From contig NC_043011.1 of NCBI RefSeq assembly GCF_006345805.1, positions 47,814,464 to 47,878,463 on the forward strand: a stretch of DNA of 64,000 nucleotides, written 5' to 3'. The first letter of the stretch is position 1; each line of letters starts with the position of its first letter. The notes under the pieces are model-generated. The model did not search any database, was not told the DNA's origin, and saw only the letters and a list, made by a program, of their open reading frames with translations. The DNA comes from Octopus sinensis. Lineage: Eukaryota. Shown piece after piece: positions 13,017 to 26,092 of this stretch. The translations under genes and the position numbers were made by a program.

Positions 13017-13636
13017 CAGTGGTTTTCATCCGGGTTCAATATGAGCCCTGGGGGCCCATATAAGGTTTATTGGGATCAACACAAGTAAAATAGTAAACTG
13101 GGGGTCCATGGTTGTATTTTAGCAGCCCATGAAAAAAAAATTTGTTTTAGGTGTATTTATTGCAAGGAACAACTCAGTTTTTTTTTTTTTCTAATGTTTA
13201 ACCCTTTCGATACCAACCCAACTGAAACCTGCTCTGGCTCTGAGTACAAATGTCTTGTTTCATAAGTTTTGAATTAAAATCTTCCACCAAACTTTAGTTA
13301 CAATTTATGTTCCTAACACTAGCTGAATGATAACTAAGTTATTTTACTAAATTCTTTGTTATATTTAAAGTAATTGAAAGAAACACAGAGCATCTCGAAA
13401 TAAATACAGTAACGAAAGGGTTAACATTTTCCAACATGTTACTGGCAGCTGAAACGTGTTCTTTCAGTGAGTGGCTATGGCAAACCTGCAACAGCAAATG
13501 TACAAAAAACCAAAGCAAGAATTTTGAAAAACGTATTTATAAAACTAAATTTTAAAACATCAAATGACTGTGGGGATCCACTGGAGTAAATAGTAATCAA
13601 AGGGGTCCGTAGGTGAAAAATGTTTGAGAAACACTG
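13017..13636. mobile_element. hAT (Charlie-like) MITE
   Basis: Termini cagtggttttca...tgagaaacactg; ctagac-type left flank. Confidence 0.6.
13202..13420 (-). mobile_element. piggyBac-like MITE nested in the hAT MITE
   Basis: ttaa-ccctttcg...cgaaaggg-ttaa, with intact TSDs. Confidence 0.85.
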
Positions 13637-14023
13637 TTTCGAGACTCTCTGGTTCAAATGACAACAGGACTATGAAGGCTACTCTGGGGGTAGACTTTGA
13701 ATAGGTGCTAAACCAAAATAGTACCATCAGTCGTTAAAGTCAAACAGAACAAGCATGTTAACAACAAGGGCCACCACAGTCGACTGAGAAAATAGAATTC
13801 AGAAGAATGTGGTTAGGTGGTCCTTGCCAGATATAGCAGAAACTTCCATCCAGCTTGCTTTCTCATCAAGTAGTGCAATGTGAGCTAATACATAGGTATC
13901 AAAAGAAAGGTACCTCACACCAACACACACATATGTACTAGAGAAATAGGAAGGTATCATTTAAGGGAGGTATCTTTGGAAGATGACCTAAATGGTAATA
14001 ATAATAATAATAATGATGAGGAA

Positions 14024-14065
<42 letters not shown>

Positions 14066-14462
14066 AATAATGATAATAATAATGGTTTCAAATTTTTCCA
14101 CAAAGGCAGCCATTTTGGAGGAGGGGGATGAGTTGATTACATCAACCCCAGTATTTCACTGGTGCTTAATTTATTAACCCTCGGAAGGATGAAAGCAAAA
14201 TTGACCTCAGCAGAATTTGAACTCAGGTGAAATATTGCTGCTGCTGCTGTTAATAATAATGATGATGATGATAATAATAATAATAATAATAATAATAAAT
14301 TTTCAGACGTTATAGCTATATACTGAAATTAAAGATATTTTATCAATATATTGATATCCTTGGTTACATGCTAACATAATGATATCTGAAACATCTATAG
14401 TAATATAATGATATCAAATACATTTATTTATATAATATATATATTTAAATAACATTTATATG

Positions 14463-14514
<52 letters not shown>

Positions 14515-15099
14515 TATATGTATGTTATATATGTAAGATATCCAATGTTTATAGTAATATTATGCTTTGAAAGATATTTATATAATTATAAAATCTCTGA
14601 TACTCAAATATATTAGTAATATAACAATTTCAAAGATTTAGTAATCTAGTGGTTTCCAAGATATTTATGCTGATATCAAAGACTTTAATATTAATTTAAT
14701 TGTAGACATTGTGAGAAATTGCAAGTTTATCCTTAATAGATGCTGTTTATGTTGTAACCACATGTCATCCACGATCAAGATCTCGGATCAAAGGGTCTTA
14801 GATCTGTTTGATCAGCTCTATACCTCCCATCTTTTCATACTCAATGTATCAGTGACCACATTATCTAGTGTATCTGTGACTGCTTTTAAGATAGCAGAGT
14901 ATGTGATATGGGAGTGATTTGACTGCTCTTGCTAGCAGATCAAGTGACTGTGTTGGTCAGTAGCTATGTAACTCTGGAGGAGTTTATGGAAGTGACAATA
15001 TGTAACCAACATATGTGCTGCTTGAGATGTAGGAAGCAGAATTATTGTATCATCATCATCCTCATCATCATCATCTTTATCATCGTCATTGATGGAAAT

Positions 15100-15355
15100 T
15101 TAATTGGTTGGGTCATGTACTTAGGACAGACAGCAACAGACTCCCCAGACAAATCTTTTACCCCAAAATATGCAGGGGAAAGAGAAATCACAGATAAATA
15201 AGACTGAGATTCAAAGATTTTGCAAAAAGGAATATGAGATAGAAAGGCACTGGTTATAATAAACGGCAAACTCAAGAGAAATATGGACCCGTATGGAGAA
15301 AGCTAATCAAATCCTCCAAAACTGCGAAGTCATAGTCATGGTGATTGAGTGCAGA
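15100..15355 (+). mobile_element. Decayed RTE-clade LINE C-terminal fragment
   Basis: Translates as GHVLRTDSNRLPRQIFY...GKR...LRFKDFAKRNM, with stops. Confidence 0.7.
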
Positions 15356-15413
15356 TAATAATAATAATAATAATAATAATAATATAATAATAATATAATA
15401 ATAATAATAATAA

Positions 15414-15885
15414 TGGGCCACAACAAATATTCTGCTCAATACCATAGATTTGCTTGTCAGTTGTTTGACCGTAACCAGTTGACCATGTCCCTTAGTGGCT
15501 GACAATACATGCATCTCTGATCATGAGCAGAAGTAGTGGGGGAGTATCATAGCCATGTGTTGCAAGGAATTCTTTGGGGTTTGGATAATTCACCTTCGGA
15601 AACATGGGTGTTTTGTTCAACATCCTTAAACAATCTTTATTCAGGGACCTTTTGAGTGGGATGGGCTACTTGACCTGAAGAAAATTCTAGCTGGGCCCCA
15701 CCTGCAAGGCCATGCACTGTTAATCTTGATATGAGATCACCATGTCACGCACGTATGGTTGTGATGCATGTTCCTGATGTGCCCTTATCAAACAGGTAGT
15801 CACGACGTGTATACTGGGCTTTGTATATTTTACCCCAGTGTCACTTTGATGGCATGCACTGCTCCCTCACTCAATAATAATAATA
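15414..15885 (+). mobile_element. LINE 3' fragment flanked by (TAA)n on both sides
   Basis: Homologous to 4732-5050. Confidence 0.65.
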
Positions 15886-16704
15886 AAATGATATTGTATG
15901 ATTTAAGGGGAGATAAGACTGCTATTTCTAATCAGGACTCTGTAAAAGGCATCGAAGTATCTGGGCCATATCTCCGGTCTGAGAATAACTCTTTCCTTCA
16001 CCCCTTCCCTCAAGTCTGAAAAAGGTCATTGATACTAATCCTTCCACTTTTGATTAAGACTTTGAAAAATAACATACTGCATCTAACTAATTATGTGTAG
16101 TGACTTATCTACCTAGGGTTAAAAATAAAAGCTTAAAATTTAACTAACAGAAATTAAGACCAAAAATGTGTTACTAAAAAAAAATTATTAAATAAATAAA
16201 AACGATAAAACTTATCAGCAACTGATGATGATAACGAGGAAGTGTGATACCAATAACAAAAAAAAAAAAAATCAAAAGGTGTAGTCTTCAGCAACTGGTG
16301 ATGATGATGATAATGCTGATGATGATGATGAGGAGAATGTGAAATATATCAAAACAGCATTTATGGTAAAAGCAGAGCACCTGAGTAGATTTAGAATTTT
16401 TATAGTAAAAAGTATTTGACATATCTTACAGGATTGAAATTATGAGAAGGGAGGAATGTTGGCAGAATGGTGAAATGAAGAGAAGAATATCAATAACAAC
16501 AATAACAACATAACAACAACAAAAACAACAAACACAACAACAATCAACAATAATAAATCAATTGTACATTAATTCCATTTATCTCGATTTGTTTATTTTT
16601 TTAAATGCATATTGTATCTATGTCATATTTGTGTGTGTTTGTATGTAGGAACATGCATGTTTACACACGCACTTAGATAGACCTGTGTGTTTGTATACAT
16701 ATGC

Positions 16705-16855
<151 letters not shown>

Positions 16856-17038
16856 TGTGTATATATATATATATATATATAATATATATATATTATATAT
16901 GTATGTGTGTTTGCAAGTGTGTGTGAATATATACATAACAAAACACATTTAGTTCCCTCCCTTGATGATTCAACAAAAGGCATTTTGTGTAAAGAATCTA
17001 GCAAAGAATTGCAGTGTCTTTTTACGAAATTCTAAATG

Positions 17039-17286
17039 TCACTTTGCTTCAGGGACTACACGCAATCGCATAATCTTTAACAGCAAATAAATAAATAAGA
17101 AGAGAGAGAGAGAGAGAGATGGGGGGGAAAAAAAGAAAGAAAATAAAGAATGAAAAAAAACCCAACAAAATAGCAAGCAGTGCAAGAATAAACAAAGCCA
17201 AAAAAAAAAAAAGAAAAGAAAAGCCAGAAATAAATACGATGCTAAAAGATGCATAGAGCCGTATAGATTTTGGAAGGTATTGCAAA
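17039..17286 (-). CDS. Candidate exon (V)CNTFQNLYGSMHLLASYLFLAF...
   Basis: Acceptor aaccctttcag, with an in-frame upstream AG at 17323. The frame runs into low-complexity sequence, so the end is uncertain. Confidence 0.2.
17049..17074 (-). CDS. Candidate terminal exon (D)YAIACSP*
   Basis: First AG after a long pyrimidine tract; CpG-containing unique island. Confidence 0.3.
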
Positions 17287-17762
17287 CTGAAAGGGTTGCT
17301 GGCGTTTTGGAATCGGTAAGAACTTTTAAAGATGGTCAGCCAGTCAAAGAGGAGAGACAAGCTGGGAGTAGAAGGTGGAGGAAGAGAAAAGATGGAGTGG
17401 TGGTGGTGGTGGTGGTAACGCTGGAGGATAGCAGGAGGAGGAGGCAAAGAAGACATGATGATTTTAGTGATGCTGATGGTGACGATGATGATGATGATGA
17501 TGATGAGGATGATGAAGTCTGAAGATGGTAGAAGATTATGATGATGATTTCTGACAGAAGTAAAAGCAAAAAATAAAAAAAATAAAATAAAATAAAAAAT
17601 TATATGCAAAAAAAAAACAAAGGCAAGGTAAAAGAATTATTGCCAATTCTTGTTGCACAGTTTGTAGAAGTAGACTTTTTCACGTTCGTGTCATTGTTAT
17701 CTTTGCTCTTTCTCAACAATCAACATCATCTGACTTCATATACAAAACTAATAGATACATTA

Positions 17763-17828
<66 letters not shown>

Positions 17829-17831
17829 TAT

Positions 17832-17888
<57 letters not shown>

Positions 17889-17909
17889 GTATGTATGTGT
17901 ATATATATT

Positions 17910-17940
<31 letters not shown>

Positions 17941-17996
17941 GTATGTATGTGTATATATATATATATTATATATATATATATACATATATATATATG

Positions 17997-18038
<42 letters not shown>

Positions 18039-18631
18039 TATATATGTGTATATGTATATATATCTGTATGCTATGCATGTACATGTGTATCTATGTGTAT
18101 GTATATATATGTGTGTATGTGTGTATGTGTGTGTATGTATGTATGCATATATTCATGTAGTTAGTCATTTAGTAGTGTAACTGCAAGATTACTTTATGTA
18201 CCTGATAAAAACTGAATACTATTTAATAGCATGCACAGAGTAAATATTAAATATGTTATCGTTCCAGGGTACAGCATTCTATTACTCAGAGAGTGTCATG
18301 CCTTTATTCTTGAATATTATGAAAGCAATGCTGACTGATACAAACAAAACCTCTTTCACAGTCAGAATGGTACAGGATTTTATTTACTTCCAGTTTGTCT
18401 TGAATATGGGACTGTTGTCTACGGGCTTCTGGTTTATCAGGTGTTTCCATGCAAACATACACACAAACACACATGGTGTGGTGCATATAACGACATATAG
18501 CTGTGAACACATACATATTCATCAGATACTGGTCTATTAGGTGTTATTTATAAAAGAGCATTATAAAATATGGATTCAGAGAATTGTATTTGCATCTCTC
18601 AGTCCTCCTGACTTCATGTTTTATATATACA

Positions 18632-19027
18632 CTAGCAGTATCGCCCGGCGTTGCTCGGGTTTGTAAGGGAAATAACTATATAAGCATTTTTAGAGTTATA
18701 GCCAAAAAATAGCAAAAAAATGCTTTAAAAATGGAAAAAAAATGATGGTAAATTTTTTTTTTAACCGTTGACTCATCGTAGACATTTTTAGAGAGTTACT
18801 TCCCTTATATAATAGCGAAAAAATGCATTAAAATGGAAAAAAATGATGGTGAATTTTTTTTTAAATCGTAGACTCATCGTAGACGTGCGCTAATACCCAG
18901 AAGGGCTCGATATGCATGACGACTATAAGATACCCGGTTTTGGTTAAACTGCACCGCAAAATGTGGGAGTAGTTAGGAATCTAAATCGTAGGAGACAGAC
19001 ACACAACTTGACTTTTATATATAAAGA
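18632..19027 (-). mobile_element. Non-autonomous Helitron
   Basis: 5' TC, 3' hairpin cccgagcaacgccggg followed by CTAG, inserted between A and T. Has an internal repeat of about 100 bp and retains its CpGs. Confidence 0.85.
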
Positions 19028-19034
19028 TATATAC

Positions 19035-19260
19035 ATCATCATCGTCATCATCATCATCATCATGAATTAATGTCATTTTCCCTGGTTGCATGGGTTGGAT
19101 GGTTTGAAGAAAGCTAGCAAGCTGGGAAGTTGCACTAGGTTCCGGTCTGATGTGACTTGGTTTTTGAAGCTGGATGCCCTTCCTAATGCCAGCCACTTTA
19201 TAGTGTATGCTGGGTGCTTTTAACGTGCCACTGGCATGAACTCATTCATGTGACATGGGC
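19035..19260 (-). mobile_element. Family D retroposon
   Basis: gctggatgcccttcctaatgcc motif and (CAT)n. Confidence 0.7.
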
Positions 19261-19263
19261 ACA

Positions 19264-19302
<39 letters not shown>

Positions 19303-19391
19303 TATTTTCCTATTCCTGAGCGTTATACTAATACATCTGTTTGTTTTGTACACCACCTATCTTCGTCTTCTGTTTTTTCGTAAACTTTCCC

Positions 19392-19423
<32 letters not shown>

Positions 19424-19814
19424 CCTATGAAAGGGATGACCACTATATGTATATAATACAATTTACTGAACCTTCAAATTTTAATATGCTAGACCACTGG
19501 TATTAAATTGATGTTAATTTAATTAAGTTAATATCCAATTTCTCACCCTCATTTATAATTTTTATCATAAAAAAATATTATAGGAGTTTTTAGATATTGA
19601 ATGGCTAGGAGGATCCTCCACTTCTGAATAAAATAGGAACCAAAGGTGACCATGGTCAAGAGATGGTTGAAAACCACTGATTAATACCTTTGTGAATCCT
19701 GTCTTGGAATGAAATATTTGTAACATGGAATTAAAAATATGCCAAATCTTTCCAGTTCCCTATTTTGTTCTCTATATATATGCTTGGAGAAGTGTGTGTG
19801 TGTGTGAGGTCTTG

Positions 19815-20212
19815 AGCTAAACATAGTGGGGACAAACAAGGACAGACAAACGGATTAAGTCAATTACATCAACCCCAGTGCATAACTGGTACTTAATTTA
19901 TCGACCCCAAAAGGATTAAAGGCAAAGTCGACCTTGGTGGAATTTGAACCCAGAACGTAGCGGGAGTCAAAATACCGCTAAGCATTTCACCTGGTGTGCT
20001 AACGTTTCTGCCAGCTTGCTTCTTACTTCTCACTTCTGCCAGCTCACTTCTTAGAAGCTTCTTACAGCTTCTATCTATCAAATCTTCTCACAAGGTTTTG
20101 AACAGCCCAGGACTATTGTGGGAGACACTTGGCCAAGGTGCTACATGGTGGGACTGAACCTGAAACCACGTGTTTACAAATTGAACTTCTTAATCACACA
20201 GCCATACCTGAA
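19815..20212 (-). mobile_element. SINE B followed by a partial SINE A
   Basis: Family cores are recognisable. Confidence 0.75.
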
Positions 20213-20256
20213 CCTACTCAGACAGATATTGATACACACAAAAATGTCACAGGATA

Positions 20257-20298
<42 letters not shown>

Positions 20299-20390
20299 CT
20301 TCATTTAAACATGCAAATGTCTGATAAACGAGGAGCAGATAGATAACCATCGCATATGCTAGATGAGCCAAAAATAAATGAAACAATTTA

Positions 20391-20431
20391 TTACATTGAC
20401 GAACAGAGTGGATTTGTCGTATCAGCACAAT
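20391..20431 (-). CDS. Candidate terminal exon (D)CADTTNPLCSSM* (CaaX-like end)
   Basis: Acceptor ctttacttggttgccattgttcag; shares TNP[LI]CS with the 54051-54082 candidate. Confidence 0.4.
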
Positions 20432-20552
20432 CTGAACAATGGCAACCAAGTAAAGATGTGAAACTCTGAGTAATACAATATTATAGACTGAAACTGTATA
20501 TATAACCTTGCATATTTGATATACTTATATGTGTGTATGCATGTATATGTAC

Positions 20553-20586
<34 letters not shown>

Positions 20587-20693
20587 CCACCTATATTATA
20601 ATGTATTTAATATATCATAATATTAATTTATTGTTATGATATTGTATTTTTATATATATATGTACGTATATGTATGTGTGTGTGTTTGTATAT

Positions 20694-20726
<33 letters not shown>

Positions 20727-20885
20727 CGTGCGTGTCTTTGTGTAAATGTACATACACATACATGCATGTATGGATACATACACACACAATGTATGTGTAT
20801 ATATATATATATAATATATATATATATGTACATATGTATATATATATATTATATATGTACATATGTATATATATATACATATATA

Positions 20886-20962
<77 letters not shown>

Positions 20963-21158
20963 GTATATATATATATGTACATATATATACAAGTATTTAT
21001 ATGTGTATATATATGTGTGTGTGTATAGTGAGAGAGAGAAAGAGAGAGAGAGAGCCGAATCTTTTTAAAGAAAAGTTATTGGTTGGTTTTGTTTTTTTGC
21101 TCTTCTTTTCTTAAACTTATCTGTTTTCTACTAGGCTGACCACTGTTAACAGATGTAA

Positions 21159-21259
21159 TTACGTTTTTGCTGATATAAATAAAAGAACCAAAACACAAAC
21201 ACACATCGGTCTTCCCCAGTAGACACGATGATAAGTATTTGCTTGACACTTGCCAGAAG
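21159..21259 (-). CDS. Candidate terminal exon (A)SGKCQANTYHRVYWGRPMCVCVLVLLFISAKT*
   Basis: First AG after a pyrimidine tract. A nested in-frame acceptor gives AKT*. Phase 0 is also open. Confidence 0.25.
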
Positions 21260-21485
21260 CTTCCGCCAGGGAAACAGTATACACAGAAAAAGATATATTT
21301 GCTTGCAATATCTTAGTTTATACAAGATAATATTTTGTGGAGGCTGTGCTGGTTGTTGTGGCTAAAACATACAATCACATTGAGTATGTGTGCTTATGTA
21401 CATATGTGTATACATACATGCATGCATATTTTTATATATACATAAATATACATATAATGTTCATGAATAAACACACACATACACT

Positions 21486-21886
21486 GGCATCCGTACTAGT
21501 GGAGCGCTAAAAGTACCATCCGAGTATGATTGTTGCCAGAGCAGCAAACTGGCTTCCGTGCTGGTGCACGTAAAAAGCACCATTCGAGAGTGATCGTTAC
21601 CAGCGTCACCTTACTGGCACTTGTGAAAAAACATCCCAGCGAGGTTGTTTCCAGTACCGCCTGACTGGCCTTCATGCCAGTAGCACGTAAAAGCACCCCC
21701 TATACTCTCGAAGTGGTTGGCATTAGGAAGGGCATCCAGCTGTAGAAACTCTGCCAGATCATGACTGGATCCTGGTGCAGCCATCTGGTTTGCCAGTCCT
21801 CAGTCAAATCGTCCAACCCATGCCAGCATGGAAAGTGGACGTTAAACGATGATGATGTTGATGATGATGATGATGATGATGATGTT
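21486..21886 (+). mobile_element. Family D retroposon
   Basis: Internal gcacgtaaaagcacc repeats and a (GAT)n tail. Confidence 0.8.
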
Positions 21887-21949
21887 GATACATGCACTTA
21901 TTGCTTATGATTATTCACATTTGTGGATACTTTTCTGATAAAGAGTATA

Positions 21950-22275
21950 GACCCTGCTTTGGTCATGAATGACTAGGATTGCACTTAGAAAGTTCCCTTG
22001 CACAAGTCTGTGCAAGGGTGTTTGTGGAAGACCAGCAATCACCCAAGCATATTTAAGCCTCTCCTTGCCATGTCATTGATGTTATCTGAGGGAAACGCAA
22101 AGGCTGATACAGCCTGACACCAATGACGTCACAACTCATTCCTATAGCTGAGTGAATTGGAGCAACATCAAATGAAGTGTCTTGCACAAGAACGCAACAC
22201 ACTGCCCGGTCCAGGAATCAAACTCACTATCCCGTGATTGTAAGCCTGACACTCTAACCACTGAGCCAGGCACTT
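21950..22275 (-). mobile_element. SINE family F (tRNA-like head)
   Basis: Minus-strand head ggctcagtggttagagtg; homologous to 40688-40990. Confidence 0.7.
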
Positions 22276-22424
22276 AAACTTTGTTGATAGCAAATCCCAA
22301 TCCATGATGTGTTAATCAATCATAGACAGAACATGCAGGTTGCTTGGAGAAGTTATGAGCACTGGCTCAAGAATGAAATTTGTTTAGGGGGTGTAAACCC
22401 AGGTCCAACATTTTTTACAAACAA

Positions 22425-22850
22425 GAGGCGCAGGAGTGGCTGTGTGGTAAGTAGCTTGCTAACCAACCACATGGTTCCGGGTTCAGTCCCACTGCGTGGC
22501 ATCTTGGGCAAGTGTCTTCTACTATAGCCTCGGGCCGACCAATGCCTTGTGAGTGGATTTGGTAGACGGAAACTGAAAGAAGCCTGTCGTATATGTGTAT
22601 GTATATATATATATATATGTATGTGTGTATGTTTGTGTGTCTGTGTTTGTCCCCCTAGCATTGCTTGACAACCGATGCTGGTGTGCTTACGTCCCCGTAA
22701 CTTAGCGGTTCGGCAAAAAGAGACCGATAGAATAAGTACTGGGCTTACAAAGAATAAGTCCCGGGGTCGATTTGCTCGACTAAAGGCGGTGCTCCAGCAT
22801 GGCCGCAGTCAAATGACTGAAACAAGTAAAAGAAAGAAAAGAAAGAAAGA
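22425..22850 (+). mobile_element. SINE family A, full length, CpG-rich
   Basis: Head tggctgtgtggt / ggttcagtccc, cttgggcaagtg core, internal (TA/TG)n and an (AAAG)n-type tail. Confidence 0.9.
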
Positions 22851-23990
22851 AAGATCTTATTATTTTTCTTTTTCTTTTATTTTTATTCTTTGTTCTTTGT
22901 GAAGAAGCCTTACTTTGAGCTGCTGTTTTACAGATGATTTTTTTTTTATTCACTGTGTTCTAAACCTGAGAAAACTAAGTAGGGGTGCAAATTTTGATTT
23001 TGCAACCAACAATAATTCTAGTGGGTGCAAGTGTATCCCCTGCACCGCCTATTTCCAGGCCTCATGAGTGAAGGATCATGCATTATTTTTTTTTTGGCTT
23101 TTTGCTTTGCTTTTTCTAGAAGTCATCTGAGTTTGTTTCTCCTCCTTATATTCAATAACAATTCAAAAAGGATTAAGAATTCCTAAAGACAGGAGTGTGT
23201 AATGACATCTTCCACGCTCAAAATTTTCCTGTCAGTTTCCTTTGACGTGATCCTCAGCTGATCTTGGAATTGTAGTTTTGGTACTCTAGCTAGACATTTA
23301 CTAAAGGGTAACTACTTGAAATTAATCCTTTGTGGGAGACATGAAATCTCCTTGGGATTGAAATGTAGCTCAAATATGTAATGTTATGCACAGCAAATAT
23401 CTAAACCATCTCAATTGATTGGGACAAGTGTAATGTGAATTTCAATGTTGTTAGTGTTTGTTTTGATGTACATAATCCAATCATAACTATGAAAATAATC
23501 TTCAGAAGACATTGGATTTTTAATGCTCTCTGGTTTGTAATGTATCATCTGCATGTTTTCCATGTTTCACAACCCCATTTAAGGGCTGAACTACTGACTG
23601 GTAGTTATACGAGGACTTTGATATGGAGGTTGATATGGTTGTTTATAAAATCATTCTCTTTCTGAGACTACTGAAGAGGTAGAGGCTTGTCTCAGGTAGT
23701 TTTAGATCCAAGACACATCACAGCCTACTTAGCTTGGAAGGCAGTAACTCCAAATAAGAACTGATACAGGGTAGATAGCATGCTTTAATCCATTTTGCAA
23801 GGGACAACCTCTCTTGTCCTGTAATTTAGCTGCTAGTTACCCACCATTTTTCTAAACAACAATAGTATTAAAAAAATAAAAACATAAATATAATAATTAT
23901 ACAAAACTAAAGCAAAAGACAAAGTGTTTAGCATTATCTAATATTTTGAAAAATTCGTTAGTAAGATAGTTGTATAAATAGAAATATTAG

Positions 23991-24094
23991 CTATAAATCC
24001 ATTGCATTTTTTTTACATATTTTCCGTCTATTTTGCGCAACTTGTTGTGGCTTCATATTCTTAGAGATACAGTGTTGTTGTTTCTGCTTTGCTT
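23991..24094 (-). CDS. Candidate terminal exon (E)AKQKQQHCISKNMKPQQVAQNRRKICKKNAMDL*
   Basis: First AG after about 150 nt of AG-free, T-rich sequence; phase 1 is the longest open phase. Confidence 0.4.
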
Positions 24095-24380
24095 CTGTTT
24101 TTTTAAAAATTTTATCGGGAAGAATAATTTGCAAGAAAACGAATAACGTAAAAAAAAAGGTGATAAAACGAAATGGGAAAAAATATGGGAAAAAACAAAA
24201 AAACAAAAAACAAAAGAAAAATTGTTAAAAAATTGAAGTTAAGAAGAGACCTAAACAGAAACCCAGGAAAATTTCTTGTAAAGAACATGTTATAGACATG
24301 GAAAAAAAAAAGAGCAACAAATAACAAAATAACAAAAATAACAAAAATAACAGCATTCAGCTGTCTTCAGGAAGACTTGT

Positions 24381-24493
24381 TTAATCAGATTTATGAGAGG
24401 GATTAGCCTGTGAGTATTTGATTACAAGTGCAAGATTTAAGCTATATGCAAGAGTAGAGGATATTGTTCCGACTTTCTTCTGAGGAACCGATT
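24381..24493 (-). CDS. Candidate terminal exon (E)SVPQKKVGTISSTLAYSLNLALVIKYSQANPSHKSD*
   Basis: Acceptor ttttcttctgtacaaccaaaag, which is a weaker AAG site. Confidence 0.2.
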
Positions 24494-25530
24494 CTTTTGG
24501 TTGTACAGAAGAAAATTAAATAACTTCTCATCATAGAGAATAATACGTGTTTGTATGTTTGCATCTGTGTATGAATGCATGCAAATGTATCTAAAATGTA
24601 TGCATGTATGCATGCGAATTTGTGTGCTTGTGTGCAAGGGTGTTAGGAAATGTGTGTTTATACCTGTGTATATGATTGTGATAGAGGTGCAGGCATGCAA
24701 GGCTATGCATTGGTAAATATGCTTCATGTATACATGTTTCAGAAAGTCTACATTGCTCGTTACAGGCTTTCAGCAATTCATATCAGTTGGTTCACCACTA
24801 TCATTCCTCCTATCATTTTTGAGTGACAACAAAGGTTAGGATTATCAAAAAAAAAAAAAATGACCACCACTAAAACACATTTACTATGAGTGATAATGGT
24901 GGTATTGATTTGTCAACATAGAGAAGGACTTCAATACAATCCTTTCCTCTGGTGGTTGCTGATGAAGCTAGTGGGAAACAAGAATGGCTTGTGAGAGCCA
25001 TACAAGTCATGGGCAGAAGTGCTGTCTTTAAGTTAAATGTTGATATGTACAGACACAGTTAATGTGCAACTAGGAGTTCATCAGAGCTCTGTTCTCAGTC
25101 CTATTTCTATTCATTGGAGAAGTATAATCCCAGATGCCTATGGGAACTGATGAACTCATTCCTATGTTGAAATCTAGTGGAAATAAAGAAGAAATTCCAT
25201 GTGTAGAAGCAAAGACTGGAGTGAAAGGGCTCTAAAGTTAATTTGGTAATAATAACAATTTTAGCAATTAGGTTAACAGACTAGGATCTCCTTTTAGCCA
25301 GGAAATGGGCTTTGTTGATCTGTAGAAAAGAAATAGGTAAACAACCTGTATGGTATACTCAGTACAATTGTGGACATACAAGTGGTTCAGTGGTATTACA
25401 TGTGGCTTAATAAAGTAGACTTCAAATACAGTAGATGCACATGAACAATAAATACTAAGCATGAACAGGATATAGATTTTTTTTTCAAATGCTCAGAAAG
25501 ATCCCTAGCACATTATTTACATTATTTATA

Positions 25531-25772
25531 TTATTTACATTTGATGGATATTTATCTTCATCTTGTTTACTGGTAACACAATGTTTCGGCTGATATACCC
25601 TTCAGGCTTCATCAGGTGTCTTGGGGGGAAATTTCGAACCTGGGTTCTCATTCCTAAGGTATTTTTCGATGTTATTATTATTATTATTCAGGTCACTGTC
25701 TGGAATCGAACTCCAGGCAGTAACCTGAATAATGATGATAATAATAATAATAATAATATAATAATAATAATA

Positions 25773-25849
<77 letters not shown>

Positions 25850-25868
25850 GTAATAATAGTAATAATAC

Positions 25869-25899
<31 letters not shown>

Positions 25900-26092
25900 A
25901 GTAATAATAATAATGATGCCGCTGCCGTCGATGACGACGACGACGACAACGACATTGAAAAATACTTTAGGAATAAGAACCCAGGGTTCGAAATTTCCCA
26001 AAGACACCTGATGAAGGCTGGAGGGTATATCAGCAAAAACGTTGTGTAAAGAACAAACAAGATGACGACAAATATCCGTCAAATGTAAATAA
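25531..26092. mobile_element. Inverted pair of hammerhead-bearing Penelope-type repeats around (TAA)n
   Basis: 25531-25673 and 25951-26092 are reverse complements with a CTGATGA-ggctg..cagcc-GAAAC-type core. A third, deleted copy lies at 29337-29470. Confidence 0.8.

Larger units (their letters stand above)
10400..14690 (+). repeat. Ancient degenerate minisatellite (core tagtaatataatgatatc), broken up by TE insertions
   Basis: The motif recurs about every 25-30 bp in 10420-10830, 11810-12170, 12380-12550 and 14330-14690. Confidence 0.65.
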
